A stretch of DNA of 63,190 nt, filler included, from 10 parts of 10 records of this genome joined end to end with filler, not necessarily neighbours in it; one strand, 5' to 3'; positions 1 to 12,900 are shown, numbered from the whole stretch's first letter. Notes: generated by a model not told the origin, from the letters alone. Translations and numbers: made by a program.

Positions 1-21
1 CATGATTGTGATTAGACGAGA

Positions 22-2416
22 TCAGGAACAGAAGCTCTGAAAGCCCATATCATTCTCGTGCTTGAGGTCGTCGGCAATTTGGACCAGTCCGACCCAGGTC
101 ATCATGATCATCGAGAGACCCATCACGACCACCACCATCACCACGATCAGCGCCGACATCTTGTACTTGCGCACAATGTGATTCACCCCGACCTGCCCCG
201 GCTCACTCCCGGCCGGCCTGACTCCTGACCTGGCCTATGAACGTTGAGATCGCCCCGAGAGAGAAGTACCAAATCCCTCGCTGGAAGAGCATCATGCCAA
301 GCAAAGTCTCCTGTAGCACAGCCTCAGTCGACAGCCCCGCCCTGCAGTCGCCTGGAATGTGCCAGATGCGGCAGTGAGTAGCACGGTGGTGGCGGAGGTG
401 GCTGCGGTGGTTTCGGCAAGCATGCCAAGCTCCAGCAGCAGAGGGCCCATGATCATCCCTGCACGAGCCCTCAGTCGACTCACCCTCTCAAGCACCCACC
501 GCCGCCGATTCCGAGCATCCCTCCCATCGCGCCGGCCGCCATAGCAAGCACGGGGTACATGATCACGTTACGCGAATTCCACACGATGTCACCCTCTGTT
601 TCGGGGTAGCCGACAGCAATCCGCTGCTCGTGCTGCTTTGTCATTCTGCCCGACCGATCAGCCTCCCACGATCAGCGAGCCGGGCACTGTTGTGAGAAGT
701 AAACAGTGGCGCCGATCATCACCGCGAACGAGAGCAGCGTGATGAACCAGTAGCTTCCGGAGCAGGCCTCTACTCCGATCATCGATGTCATCCCCGCCTT
801 GCCTCCACGCATAAGAGACAGGATGGAGATCACAACCAAGATCAGCGCAGCCCAGAGCAGAGGCGTCACTCCGTCCTGCTCCCGGGCCCTGATCGTGTCT
901 GCAATAGCCGCCATCTGGAACTCGTCCTCCTTTGTCGGCTGCCACCGTCGCTTCCGGCCAGAATCGCCATCATCAAACGGCTCATCGCCCTCCAGATCGA
1001 CTCCTTGGCTGCCCACCTGGGCGTAGTCCACTCCGCTCCCGCTGCCCCGGCCAGCCCCTGGCGCGCTTCCCAGGTTGTCCCCAAGCAGGTCGTCTGTCGG
1101 AAGCTGTACTTCCTGCCACAGTCTGAGCAGGCTCGTACAGCAGACATGCCTCGAGTGCGGCCAGCCGCTCGTCCATTAGCTGGACTGTTTCCTTGAGCGT
1201 CTTGTTCTCGAGCCGGACCTTATTCAGCTCGCCATGCACCGTCTGCAGCTCACCCTGCTCCGCCGGTCAGCAGGTGCATGATCTGAGAGTCGGACCGAGA
1301 TCAGACTGAGCTGCTGCTCGACTTCTTGGCCTCGAGGCGAGGTGAGATCCCCGCTGAACGAATGATCCTGCAAAGCTATTTGCTCCATCTCCTCGCCTTG
1401 CTCTTGGGCAGCGCTGTCCAGCCACTCAGGCGGACCCGAGCCACTGATGGTGACCGCTCCTTCCGCCAGATCGACTTGGCCTTCTGGAAGGTGCGCCAGG
1501 TGCTGTAGGTCAGGAACACCAGCAGTAGCATCTGGCCCGGCCCTCAGCCGCCCAACAGACAGTCAGACCCCTAGCTCCTAACAAGGCCTGATCTTAATCC
1601 AGCAACGTACCACTATCAGCCAGCCCGGGAAAATCGCGTTCAGGTAGGCCCCGACCACCGTCCCGGCAAGCATCATCGGCTGCCGGCCCAGCTCAGCACC
1701 CCGGCCCAGCTCAGCCCGGACACCTCGAGCATGAGCACTGCATCGTACTGAATCAAAGGCCGTTCCTGCATCGCGCTCGCGCCCTCGCTCAAGCTGGCTC
1801 GCACCGGGACTCTGGGATGCCGGAGCGGGTAGTTCATCACAAAATTCACCAGTCCACCACCGAAAATTGTGGCCTGCCCCGACTGCTCGGCAGGCGGCCT
1901 CGGGAAGCTCGAGCCTGGGAGAGGGGAATAGCCTCGTGGGTGCGGAGCCCGGCGATCAGGATGAAGAAGGGCACGAACATCCCGCCGCCGCCCAGACCGC
2001 CCCCGGCCGCCAGCAGACCGCCCACGAACACCGCCACTGAGGCCCAGCCGTCCGCGGAGGTAAACTTGTCGAACAAAGGCAACTGGCCGCCCGGCTCAGG
2101 TCTAGCAATCCAGCCAGCGGTCAAGGCTCACCCGAGCGCAGTGGCGGATCCCGACTTGCCCGTTCTCGCCGGGCTCCGATTCCTCGTGGTCGCCGCTCCC
2201 GCCGGCCTCCTCTTTGCCGCACACGAACGCTCCAAGCTTGGCGCACTCGGAGTCCCGCCGGCAGTAGGAACAGGTGGCCGGACCGCCCCGGGAGGCGCAG
2301 ACCAGCCCGGCGTGCGCGCAGTCCTCCGATTCCTCGCATTGCCCACCGAACGAGGCGGCCAGCCCTCCGGCCGCAAAGCAGGCGAGGGCAATGACGCGCA
2401 GCTGGGTCCTCGGCAT
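22..2416 (-). CDS. TauE/SafE-family (sulfite exporter-like) membrane protein with Cys-rich N-terminal extension; about 12 short introns
   Basis: Manual splicing gives MPRTQLRVIALAC... then GGLLAAGGGLGGGGMFVP, EAIPLSQ|ATIFGG, RPLIQYDAVLMLE|PMMLAGTVVGAYLN, GMLGIGG|GMIMGPLLLELG, ending GFQSFCS-TGA (22-24). These are typical eukaryotic TauE motifs. The junction near 1050-1075 is uncertain. Confidence 0.85.
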
Positions 2417-2491
2417 CTGCACTGGATCGAGCAACGGCAAACCACAGGCGCTGTACCGTACCCGGCTGCCTCCAGGGCGCTGGATCAGTAG

Positions 2492-3379
2492 ATGGCGAGC
2501 ACCAGGGCGCTGTACCGGCTGCTCCGGAGGCAGGACGCTTCGGCGATGCCCGCCGACCTGTTCCTGCACGCGGCCGTCAACCAGAGGGTGCCGCTGGCCC
2601 GGGCCCTCGAGCCGCGCGCCCAGCTGCAGCTGCTCCGACGGGCATTCGCTGACAGCCGAGACCCGCCGCGCGACCTGGACACCGCAGTCCAGTGCGCGGG
2701 CTACTGCTCCAAGCGGGAGCAGGCCCTGCGCGGCTGCAGCGAGGCCCGGACTGCCTGGCCGTTGCTGGTGCTGGAGGACCCGGTGTTGCCCACAGAGACG
2801 GTAGAGTGGATATTTGTAGAGCCGCGGTACCTTCAAATGGCCCGGGAGGCTCTGGCCGGTACTAGGCGGTTTGTCTACTTAAGCAGCGCGGCATTCCGGC
2901 AGCTAGGCGGCCCAGGGCGGTCGGCGGTGGGCGTGCTGTGCTATATCATGAAGCACGAGCAGCGAGACTCGCGCGTGTTCGCCCAGTGCGTGGCCGGCCC
3001 CCCGACAGTGGTGCGTGGCGTCGAGGCTCGGCCGCTGGAGAGCCCGGTCGGGCCTGGGGAGGTCGCGGAGATGGCCTGGGCGAGCGTGCAGCCCTCGCCC
3101 GAGTTGGAGTGGCAAGAGCAACCGAATGCCGAGCAGGCCGCTCGGGCTGCCCTGTGCCGGCACGCACTGGCCCAGGCGGCCGAGAAGCAGGCGCCGACGG
3201 TGCGGGGCTGGGTGGCCCGATGCGGGGTCCCGCCAGGCGAGGTGGGCCCGTTCTCGTTTTGGCTGGCTGGGGCGTTGGCTCATCAGCAGCCGGCGGAGGT
3301 CAGGCAGAAGCTGCTCGACTGTGGAGTGACTGAGCGGTTGGAGCTGCTGCTGCCGACGCTCAAATCGGCAATAGCTTAG
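2492..3379 (+). CDS. Lon N-terminal substrate-binding (PUA-like) domain protein
   Basis: PLLVLEDPVLPTETVEWIFVEPRYLQMAREAL...VGVLCYI and the C-terminal FSFWLA...RQKLL...ERLELL match the LON_substr_bdg pattern. There is no ATPase or protease domain; in-frame introns are possible. Confidence 0.7.
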   Translation: MASTRALYRLLRRQDASAMPADLFLHAAVNQRVPLARALEPRAQLQLLRRAFADSRDPPRDLDTAVQCAGYCSKREQALRGCSEARTAWPLLVLEDPVLPTETVEWIFVEPRYLQMAREALAGTRRFVYLSSAAFRQLGGPGRSAVGVLCYIMKHEQRDSRVFAQCVAGPPTVVRGVEARPLESPVGPGEVAEMAWASVQPSPELEWQEQPNAEQAARAALCRHALAQAAEKQAPTVRGWVARCGVPPGEVGPFSFWLAGALAHQQPAEVRQKLLDCGVTERLELLLPTLKSAIA

Positions 3380-3439
3380 TTCTGCCATACGAGCATGAGT
3401 TTACTATAAATCCCACTTGCTAGAATTCAAGTTTGCTTC

Positions 3440-3733
3440 TCACTTTGCTTTTGAAGCAGTGCTCTCGATCAGCTTCAAGGCACGGTCGACAAGCTGAGAC
3501 TTCTCCACACAGTCGGTTGTGGACACCCCGCGCGCCTTCAGCAGCCGTTGCAGCTCACCGGCCGACATCTTACTGAGCCCGGCCCTGTCCCTCGGGACTC
3601 CCGCTCCGTCAGCCTTACCACCAGCATCCCGCTCCATTGACTGTTGCACAGCACTAAACAGCTCACGGCCCGACAGCCCTCCAGGGCCACGGAACCGGTC
3701 CGGGTCATCCGAGCTAGTACACAGTGCCCGCGC
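3440..3733 (-). CDS. 3' fragment of a protein ending in a SAP/ARMET_C-like helical motif
   Basis: LSKMSAGELQRLLKARGVSTTDCVEKSQLVDRAL; 5' end lost at the contig edge. Confidence 0.6.
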   Translation of the reverse strand, partial: ARALCTSSDDPDRFRGPGGLSGRELFSAVQQSMERDAGGKADGAGVPRDRAGLSKMSAGELQRLLKARGVSTTDCVEKSQLVDRALKLIESTASKAK

Positions 3734-3833
3734 NNNNNNNNNNNNNNNNNNNNNNNNNNNNNNNNNNNNNNNNNNNNTTAATTAATTAANNNNNNNNNNN
3801 NNNNNNNNNNNNNNNNNNNNNNNNNNNNNNNNN
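3734..3833. other. Artificial contig spacer N44-TTAATTAATTAA-N44
   Basis: Identical 100-nt spacers also at 15829-15928, 23820-23919, 28518-28617, 31670-31769, 45247-45346, 50489-50588, 53732-53831 and 58869-58968. The 12-mer gives stops in all six frames. Confidence 0.98.
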
Positions 3834-3923
3834 GGGACAAGGGCCACTCCATCCTCGCTCAGTTAGACGCTCGCTCACGGCAACAACCCCATCCCGTTGG
3901 ATTTTTCTTCATTTCGTGGGGCG

Positions 3924-6900
3924 ATGGCCAGGCCTCGAACTGGGCTGGTGGTGGTGGTGGCGGTGGGGCTTTGGCTCTTGGCCACCAGCTCGGGCGACGG
4001 CGAGCAGGAGACGGTGGTTGCGCTCGACGGGTCGGCCGATCTCGGGGCCAACATGGCGGACGTGACCGCGCAGCTGCGGCATCGGCCCCAGCTGGCCCAG
4101 ATCCTGCCCCAGCTGCTGATCAGTCTGACCACCAACGCCGGGGGCGACCATGCCAGCGAGGTGCTCAAGCTGACCGACCAGATCCAGGCCAAGATGGTGC
4201 GCGAGTCGGCCGCCGCCGCCAAGGCGCACAAGAGGGAGGCGGCCAAGTGCTCGGCGGCGGTGGCGGCGGCGAACGGTCTTGAGCTAAAGTTCCGCAAGGA
4301 GCGACGGGAGGCCCGCAAGCGGCTGGGGCGGGTGGTGCGCGATCTGGGTCGGACCGGGCTGCAGGCCGGTCTGTCGAGGGAGCGGGTGGCGCATCTCGAG
4401 AGCCGGATCGCCCAGGTTGCCAAAGCCAGAGTGGACGGGCTGGCGACGGTCGAAGCCCGGGAGACGGCGCGGCACCGGGTGCTGCGGAACGTGGCCGATA
4501 AGATATCCTCAGCTTGCAACATGCCCGCGTACCGCGGCTGGCAGGGCTGCAGCCGGGAGGTGGCGGATGCGGTGCAGTCGATCAGGACCACGGATGGCGC
4601 GGTTGGGACGGCCGAGCCGGGGCAACAGTGCGCGCTGCCGTTCCGCAAGACGATCGACGGTGTCGAGCGCACATTCGAGGAGTGCACCACGGAAGGCGAC
4701 GGAAGGAGCGCACATTCGAGGAGTGCAACACGGAGGCCCTGGTGCTGCCTCGACGAGGAATGTAAGGGCAAGTGGGGAAGCTGCGCTCCGGTCACTCTCG
4801 ACCCAGCCCAGGTGCGCGCCGAGGCCCTCCGGGCCAAGAGCAGCTTGCCCGGCTTGCGGCAAGCGTTTGAGGACGAGCGGACTGCTGCCTTCTCGGCAGA
4901 CAAAGACCAGCTGTGGCAACTTGGCGAGTCTCGTGCGTGGACCAAACGGGCCGGCTGGCCGGTGGCCGAAGCTGGACTGGGCCGGGTGACGGTGCTGGCG
5001 GCGGCAGTGTTTGGGGCCGATGCAGTCAAAGGGCAGGCTGCACTGGAAAAGCTGCAGGAACTCAAGTCGGACGCGGCTGGTGAGAGCACGGCAGACCTCG
5101 CGGACTGGCTGTCGGCTGAGGACAAAATGCGGCGGCTGGAGCGGCAGCACGAGGCCGGGGTGGCGCAGGAGGCCAGGGTGCAGGCCCAGTTGGCCATCCG
5201 CGTGGCGCGGTTGGGCCTCGACCAGTCTGGGCACCGCGACGCCCTCGCACAAGTGCGGATACAGCACCGGAAGGCCAAGCGAGCAGCCGACCGGTCGCGG
5301 CTGCGCTGTTGGCGCAAGACGAGTGAGAACGAGCGGCGGATGAGCGCCAGCCGGGGCGACCTGAGCGTGCTCGACCGACTCAGGACACAGTTCCAGACTT
5401 CCCCTCCAAGTTGCCCGGGTGGATGCACCTCGGACGCCAACGGATTCTGCGCGCTCAAACTGGGCAGCGGGCAGCCGTACTGTGCCTGCCGGGCCGGTTA
5501 CTATGGACTCAAATGCGAGTTCCGCAAGTGCCCAGGCTTGGCGATCCCTCCGGAGCCAGCGTTGCAGCGGCTCTGGAAGGCCCCGCCTGAGACCACTTCG
5601 GCAGTGCTGTTTGAAGCGTCCGAGCCGGCGGCGTGCAGCGGACACGGCAGCTGTGACAAGACCAGTGGCCAGTGTACCAAATGTTTCGGCACGATGCAGC
5701 TCTGCAGGCACGCAAACGTGAAGCCTGGCGCCTCGGCTGTCCTTATAGCCGCCAGCAACCAGCCGACCGGCAAGATCACAGTAGATCGGGCATCCGCGCT
5801 GTGCAGGGAGAGCGAGCACTGCCTTGGATTCAGCTTTGCGAGCCCTGCAGGCTACTGGGATGCTACGGGTACCCTGCAGCCGTCTGTGCATAACAAAGCT
5901 TCGCATACGAGCCTTGTGGTGCTGTACGCGGCACTGGGACTCGAGGAGCTGGAGCCATCCGAGTTTGGCATGGATGTGTACCTGAAAACAGAGGGCAGCT
6001 GCCCAAACCTCCGGATGTCCCGCAAGGTCAACCAGAGGGCCGGCACCAAGGCAAGCAAGGTCCAAGGAATGAAGAACGGGGCAAGGCTCACCCTTGAGCG
6101 GGCTAAGGCCGAGTGCCTGAATAACCAGCTCTGTGGAGCTTTCAGCTTCCCTGGACAGCACGGCTTTGTGGACGCGGCTGGTAAGCGGCACATGTGGTTT
6201 GACCAACAGACGAGCAAGGCAGTTGTGGAATTCTATCACTTCCCCGATCCAAAGTCGCTCACACCGCCTGAGGATGGGATGGATCTGTACGTGCTGTCTG
6301 GTCCAGGGACTCTCTGGCTCCAGAATCAGCCGGATTGGATCAGTGAGACTCGCGAGCAGCGCGACCCAGCTGGCTACCTTGATAACAGCTGTGCATGGGA
6401 CTTTGAGGGTGGCGAACTGGGCGGCTGGACGGTGCCAACTGACCTGATGTGCACTGGGGCATTCTTCTCGCAGCCTGCAGCCAAGTCAATGTGTGATGCA
6501 AGCCAGCAGGGTGGTGCCGTCAAGCTTTCAAACATTGAGGTCAATGGCGCGAGTGCCAGTGGCTACACGCAGCTCGAAGGTGGGCTCAAGATAGGTTCGC
6601 AGCTGTTCACAGATAGGCCGTGGAAAATACGAACCGTGGAGGGACCAGAGGAGCAGACTGGCCAGCTGATGGGCCTAGCTGTGCTGAGGGTTCCAGATGC
6701 TGCCAAAGCGCAAGCTCAGACAATCAAATTCTCAGCTGGGATGCCTGTGCAAGTGGTGCTGCTGGTGGATGCCGGCTGGGAGTGGGCAGCTGACCCGAAT
6801 GCTGCATACCCGAGCTGGATGAATGGAAACTTTGAGCGCTGGGCTGACACCAAACTGGATGTCGACGATATCACTGTGTCCATCCACGGTCGGCGACCAA

Positions 6901-9900
6901 TGATACCTTTCATGGGCAACGCTGTCAGCACTGAGGTGGAGATTGGCCCAATTCCTGCTCAAAATCAACTGGCAGTGACTGCAATCGGCGCCTCATCGGG
7001 CCAGGCCATCCAAATCTTGCCTGGGGGTCTGCAAGCTGACGCTCAGCCGTTCACTGACGACACCTCGGTGCACATCGGTGAACTGGGACAAGACGTACTT
7101 GAGGAAGGGCTGCAAGGTGCTGTTCTTCTTCAAGCCCCTGTTGATGGGCGCCAGGAGGATGACATCTCTTTCACAGTGAGTGAGCGCGTGTATGTTTACG
7201 TACTGGTTGACAGCAAGGGGTTTGACGACGAAGCACGCCGAGTTCGGGCACCAGCATGGCTCGAATCCGAGGGGTTGCATGGCTACAGACGTCTGGATGG
7301 CGTCCAGATCCCAATTGATGGTGGAGCAGAAGGCAGACACTTTGCTGTGTTTCGGTCTACAACTCCACTTGCCGGGACCATCAGCCTTGGATCAGAGTGG
7401 TCGAGCAGGGTGGATGAGAGCCAGTTGCTCGGAGAGCCCAAGTCTTCGACTGGGCGCCCATGTGCTGTGCGCAGCCGTGGAGTGAATGTGGGGAAACATG
7501 TATTTGTGGACCAGCCATACACGTTCAGATCTGTTCCAAAACAACTCACTGGAGCCAATCTAGTCATGATCTCGGATGCAGACAAGATGGATGCGCATCA
7601 CACAGTGTCATTCCATTCATCTTCGCCAGTCGACGTTTACCTCGGCCTGGACCCCAGCATTGACAAGCCCCCACCTGGGTTCACCATGACTAGCATGACC
7701 CTCGACGTCGCTGGGCATCCTTCTGGTGGCCTCATACTCAAGGTGGCCAAGTCGCTGGTGCCAATGATGGGCGACGTGAAGATCTCTCAACTGCCTCAAC
7801 TTAACCCCTTCCGAGTTTCCAAGCTCGTCTCCAGTCTCCATGACCAGCCGCTGTCTCTTTCATCGATCAAGAAAGGTGGAACGCTCTATTCCGATTCTCG
7901 AGCTGTGCTAGAACAATTGCCAGAGTCCCTACATTTGGAGGGCCTGCCAGCAGTGGTCGCTACCAACGCAGCACGGGACCATGCACACCTGCTGTCATTC
8001 AACACTAACCAACCTTCAAAGCTTTATGTGCTGCTGGGGATTGGGGCTTCAGGTGTTGATGGTGGTGGATGGGAACTGGTCAGGCGCCTCGCCCCTGAGT
8101 TCAATGAGCTGAAAGACCATCTCAACGGTTCCTCAGTTTATGGAGAGGCGCCTCAACTGTCGTCGAGCAATGCTAGCTTCAGTGTCAAGTTCGACAACAG
8201 GGACTACAACCAGGTGATGATCTCCTCTGGCAACGAGTGGGCCATTCTCCGCCGTGGTGCGCTCGAAAGTGGAGACCACTCTGCAGTGGTGCAATCTTCA
8301 TGCAACGCTGTCCTCGAGACCAACAAGAAGGAAGCATTCGTCGTACAGTGCAGGGCTGGCAGCAAGCAAATGCTGTATAATGAGATGAGTCCCATGCCTG
8401 CTGGCACTAATGTGTTCATCCGCCAGCACGCAACCCATGGCAAGAGCAGCATTGCCTTGGAAGGTGTAGAATGGACATTCAACGCACAACTGGATGGGAA
8501 CAATGGCACGCTGCATGGCAAGATGCTACGAGGTCCTGGCAGATTGGTTGCACAGTCAGGCTATTTGGAAAGCAGTCCAACCAAGCACGACATCAGTGCC
8601 AAGACATTGGAAGTTTGGCTCAGACCAACAGATGTAGATCAGGACGAGGGCTCGGTGATTGCTCTGCACAGTCGTGATGGCAGCTTGGTGGACGCCATAT
8701 CAATCCGTGATCGAAGTTGGGTTATTACGAGTGCCCGAGATGTTCTGTCGAACCCTGTGCTGCAGGGCTCACAGGAGACACAGCCAAACCTTGTACATCT
8801 AGTGGCCACATTCGACGCAGATGGAACCAACACGCTGTATCGCAATGGGAAGGTGTACCGCGCTGCATACAAGCGCCACGACGCCCTCTCCCTTTTCGCC
8901 ACGGGTGCCAAGGTGATTGTTGGTGGCATATCGAGTCAGAAGTTCCAAAGTGTTGTATATCAGGCTACTCTTTACCATCGGGCACTGTCTTCCAACGAGG
9001 TGGTAAGCAACTTTAAGAAAGGGGTTCCCCAGCCCGGAGGTCCATTGCCCAGCTGGCTGGCTGCCCAATTTCAGCCTGCTCTTGGGCCAGATGGTGCCGA
9101 TCTCACTGTAAGGACCGGCAGCACTGTGTATCGGATCCTGGAGTCAAAGAGGCTTCACTCAGGCAAATTCTCGCTGATGGTGCCAAGGCTTACTGTAGCT
9201 TCGCTCCAGAGTCGAGTGCGTGCTCTGACTGAGCGAGCCAGTCACAACCAAGCAGAGCTTTGGAAGCTCAAAGAGGACGAGCAGTTGGCAAATATCAACG
9301 TGACATCTCGGGTTCGAGAGCTCGGTACTGCACAGAACAAGTCCACAGCTCTGCGCAAGGCATTAAAGTCTCGGATGGAACAATTCGCAGTGGCTGCAGG
9401 TACCGCTGTTCGAGTACAAGCAGCGATCCAGCAGGCTAAAGATAGTGCGTTGATTGCCTCTGCATTCAAGGACTTCGCCCAAACACAACTGGAAAATATT
9501 GCGACCGTGCAAGATTCCCATAAGGCTCTGCGCGCAGCTCAGGGGCACTTAAAGCAGTTCCAGCTCGGGTCAATCGATTCAGGGGCAGTTGTAGGCTTAT
9601 TTGGACCTTCTGCCAACTCACGCCGCCTCCAGGCTAGTAGTCCAGAGTCAGCCATCCGTCAGGTTGCAGAGAGCAAGGTCGCTTATAAAATGGCCATGGA
9701 TAAAGCTCAGAGTGGTGCTGCTGTGTTCCGCGAATGGGCCCATACCAAAGCGAATTCAGTTGACAGCCAGAAGGTGGCACTGCAAGACAAATATGCAAAG
9801 GCAAAGACAAAACTGGAAAAAGGCACAGCACAACTGGCAAGATCTATCCAAATGTTTCAATCTGCCGCAGGGCTTCTGGCCAAAGCAAGGAACAAGGTGG

Positions 9901-12900
9901 ACAAGGCCAACTATCAAGCAAAGTTCACCTCAGGAATGGCTGCTGTTGCTGCCGAGAGCGAACTTGGGGAGGCCCTCGAAGGCAGGGCTGCCTCGGCAGC
10001 AACTGCACGCTCTGAAGCAATAGCCGCAGCCAGCACTACGCTGCGCCTCGCGCTCGAGAGTGCTAGCCGAAAGCTCGACAGAACGCGCGAAAAGCACCAG
10101 CGCAGGCTTCTTGGCATGCTCAGGGCGCATGGAAAGATAGGCAGGGTTAGAGTGAGCACTGCAATGCTTCAGTCGTCCTTGAAACAGTTGGCAAAGACGA
10201 AAGAGCTCATCACCCAGGTTGTCAAGGCATCTGATCAGGATCTGGGAGAAGCCTCAGATGCCGATATGGCGACTGCCCAAGAGCACTTGCAGGAGTCGAA
10301 CAGTATCGTCAAGCAGTCCAAGGACGCACTGCAGGCTGTCCTTGGCCTGCAAATCAAAAGTTCAGCCCAACTGCGCGACGCCAAGGCGAGGCAAATGCAG
10401 GCCCAGTCAACCTTTAAGCAGTTCCAAGGGGTAGCAAACCAGGTCTGGACAGCCCATCTACAACGAGAAGGTCGTTTATATGAGCTCCAAGGTAAGGTGA
10501 GCGAGACCAAGCACCGAGTAGCACTTCTTAATAAGCACAAGGCGCAGGCCACAGGGCAGCACATACAGCACCTGACAAGTATTGCACAGCCAGTGGTAGC
10601 CTTACGACCAATTCTTGGGGCTGGGTTGGTGACCATGGCTGTGCCAGCTATTCCATCGCAGATTATAGCGCTGAAGCCAACTATGGTGAACACGGTGGTG
10701 TTGGTCAAACCAGTGGCTTGTGACGAGACAACAATGCAGGGCAGCTACTTCCTGCGAAGTGACTTCTCTGCGGCTGCAGAAGCGCATGGGCACTCTCCAA
10801 AGGGAGTGATCGAGAGTCCAGCATTTGTTGTGGGAAGCGGTGCTAGTCTGTCATTCAAGGTTGCAGGGGGCAGTCATCAGTGGAGCGGGGGCAATCAAGT
10901 TGCGATGGTTGGATGCAACTCACATGCACACGCTGGCATCACGGCAGTGTCGCTCGAAAAGCTCTATGCAGGCTCCTGGGTTCGAATCATGTCTGCATCT
11001 GGGGAGGACAGCTCGAGTTTCAGGCAGGTCGACTGGGACCTGAATGCATACAGTGGGGATACGCTCCGGCTGCGAGCTTATGACCTGGCCCATGGCGCAT
11101 GGGGTTACATTGCACTAGACGACGTGAAGATTGAGGGTTGTCGGGCTGCAGAAAGCGGTGAAGGAGTGATTAAGCTTGACAACCCAGCTACAAGCACGCT
11201 CGATGGAAACGGCACTCGCTCGGGTGGAAAGGCTTACACAGTGCAGTCGAACAACATGCAGCTTGTGTACAATATGCTGGCGGATCATCATGTCGACAGG
11301 GTCCGAATTCTCGCAGGTGATGATGAGAATCTGGAGATCAATGTAGCATGGTCTGATCATGTTGCTGGCCCATGGAACGCCATCGAGCCACCAGACTTAG
11401 CGATCAACAAGGGCGCCTGGGGGACTTTTGACACATTCAGCGTGCAAAGAGCGCAATTCTGGCGGGTGCAAGCACAAGGACCAAGTACAGCACAGGTGAT
11501 CTCGTTGCGTGAAGTCGAGTTCCATGGCAAATCCGGCCAGTTAGCCTCCCCGGTAGACAGTTACATAAGGTACCCAGCAAAGGAGCTTACAGGGACACCG
11601 ATCTGGCAGCAGGAGACCACACTGGAGCGCTGTGCTGCCCTGTGCAACGCGCAGGCCAACTGCAAGTCTTTCAACTACCATTCTGAATGTACCCTCAACT
11701 CTGCTGACCAAATCTCAGCACCTGGAAATTTGATAGACTCAGAGCAAGAGTATTTCGAGAAGGCTGCCAGCAGGTGGCAGTCTGGCAAACTCCAAGCCTG
11801 CGAGAGGCATTTGTGTCCGTTGGATGGCAAGTGCAGCGGGCGGGGCAAATGTGACACAAAGACAGGTCGGTGCAACTGCAATCAGAACTCCTATGGTGAC
11901 CACTGCCAGTTCCTCAAATGCCCCGGCGAAAAACGAGTAGTTCTGAGGAAGTCGAACCCAGAAGTGTGCAATGGGATGGGCCGCTGTAACCGGCGGACTG
12001 GCAAGTGCCGCTGTGTTGAAGGCCGAAGTGGACCTGGCTGCAACCACCGCAAATGTCCAGGTGGATGCACACGAGCATCACAGGGTACCTGCCACCCCGA
12101 CGGCACCTGCACCTGCAAAGCAGGATACCACGGTAAATCGTGCAGCCGGAGGTCATGTCCTGAGGACTGCAATGGCAAGGGTCAATGCGACTCTAATACT
12201 GGCAAGTGTGTCTGCCAGCCAGGATACAGTGGCGCTGAATGCGCGGCGGACAAGCCATGCCAGTCTCTAGTGATGAACTGGTGGGATTCCTTCAATGTGC
12301 GAGGCTGGTCCACTTGTCCTCAGTCGTCACTCCTAACTGGACTCTATATAGACAGCCAACCGTGCCATGGACTGTACTGCATTGAGATGGCCCGTTGCTC
12401 GGTGCCTTGTGCAGGCGCCAAGCAGAGGAATATAGGCAGCTGTTATGTGGCTGACTGGACAACTTCGATGTCAGAAGAAGGTTGGTCCAAGTGCGACACA
12501 AACTATTTTCTGCAGGGATTTTACAGGGAAGCCTGCCACTCGCTCTACTGCTTAGAGAGGGCCAAGTGCTGTCAAGTTGACAAGGCTGAATGGAACGACT
12601 GTGAGCATATCAATTGGGGTGGCGCTTTCAGCCGTGAAGGCTGGGCGCACACCAGTGGCACCGGGTTCCTCACAGGAATGTTTAGGACTGGTTCCAAGTC
12701 TGACTCAGGTAATGGAATCAACCAGATACAGCGGGCCTCGCAATGCCACTTCAGACAGCGCCCACGGCAAGTTGTCTGTGGGGACGGGCTTCGAGAGGAT
12801 AAGGAAAGTTGTGACGATGGGAATGGGCAGGATGGAGATGGTTGCTCGAGTGAGTGTACTGTGGAGCATGGCTGGCGCTGTCGGGATCTGGACATTCCGT

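Noticed and set aside
3778-3789. Recurrent palindromic TTAATTAATTAA as a biological repeat or CRISPR-like element
   Set aside because: It is always centred in exactly 44+44 Ns: an artificial six-frame-stop linker.
3875-6239. Long antisense ORFs (527 aa and 576 aa) and many similar overlapping ORFs
   Set aside because: Shadow frames of GC-rich coding sequence with no recognisable motifs.
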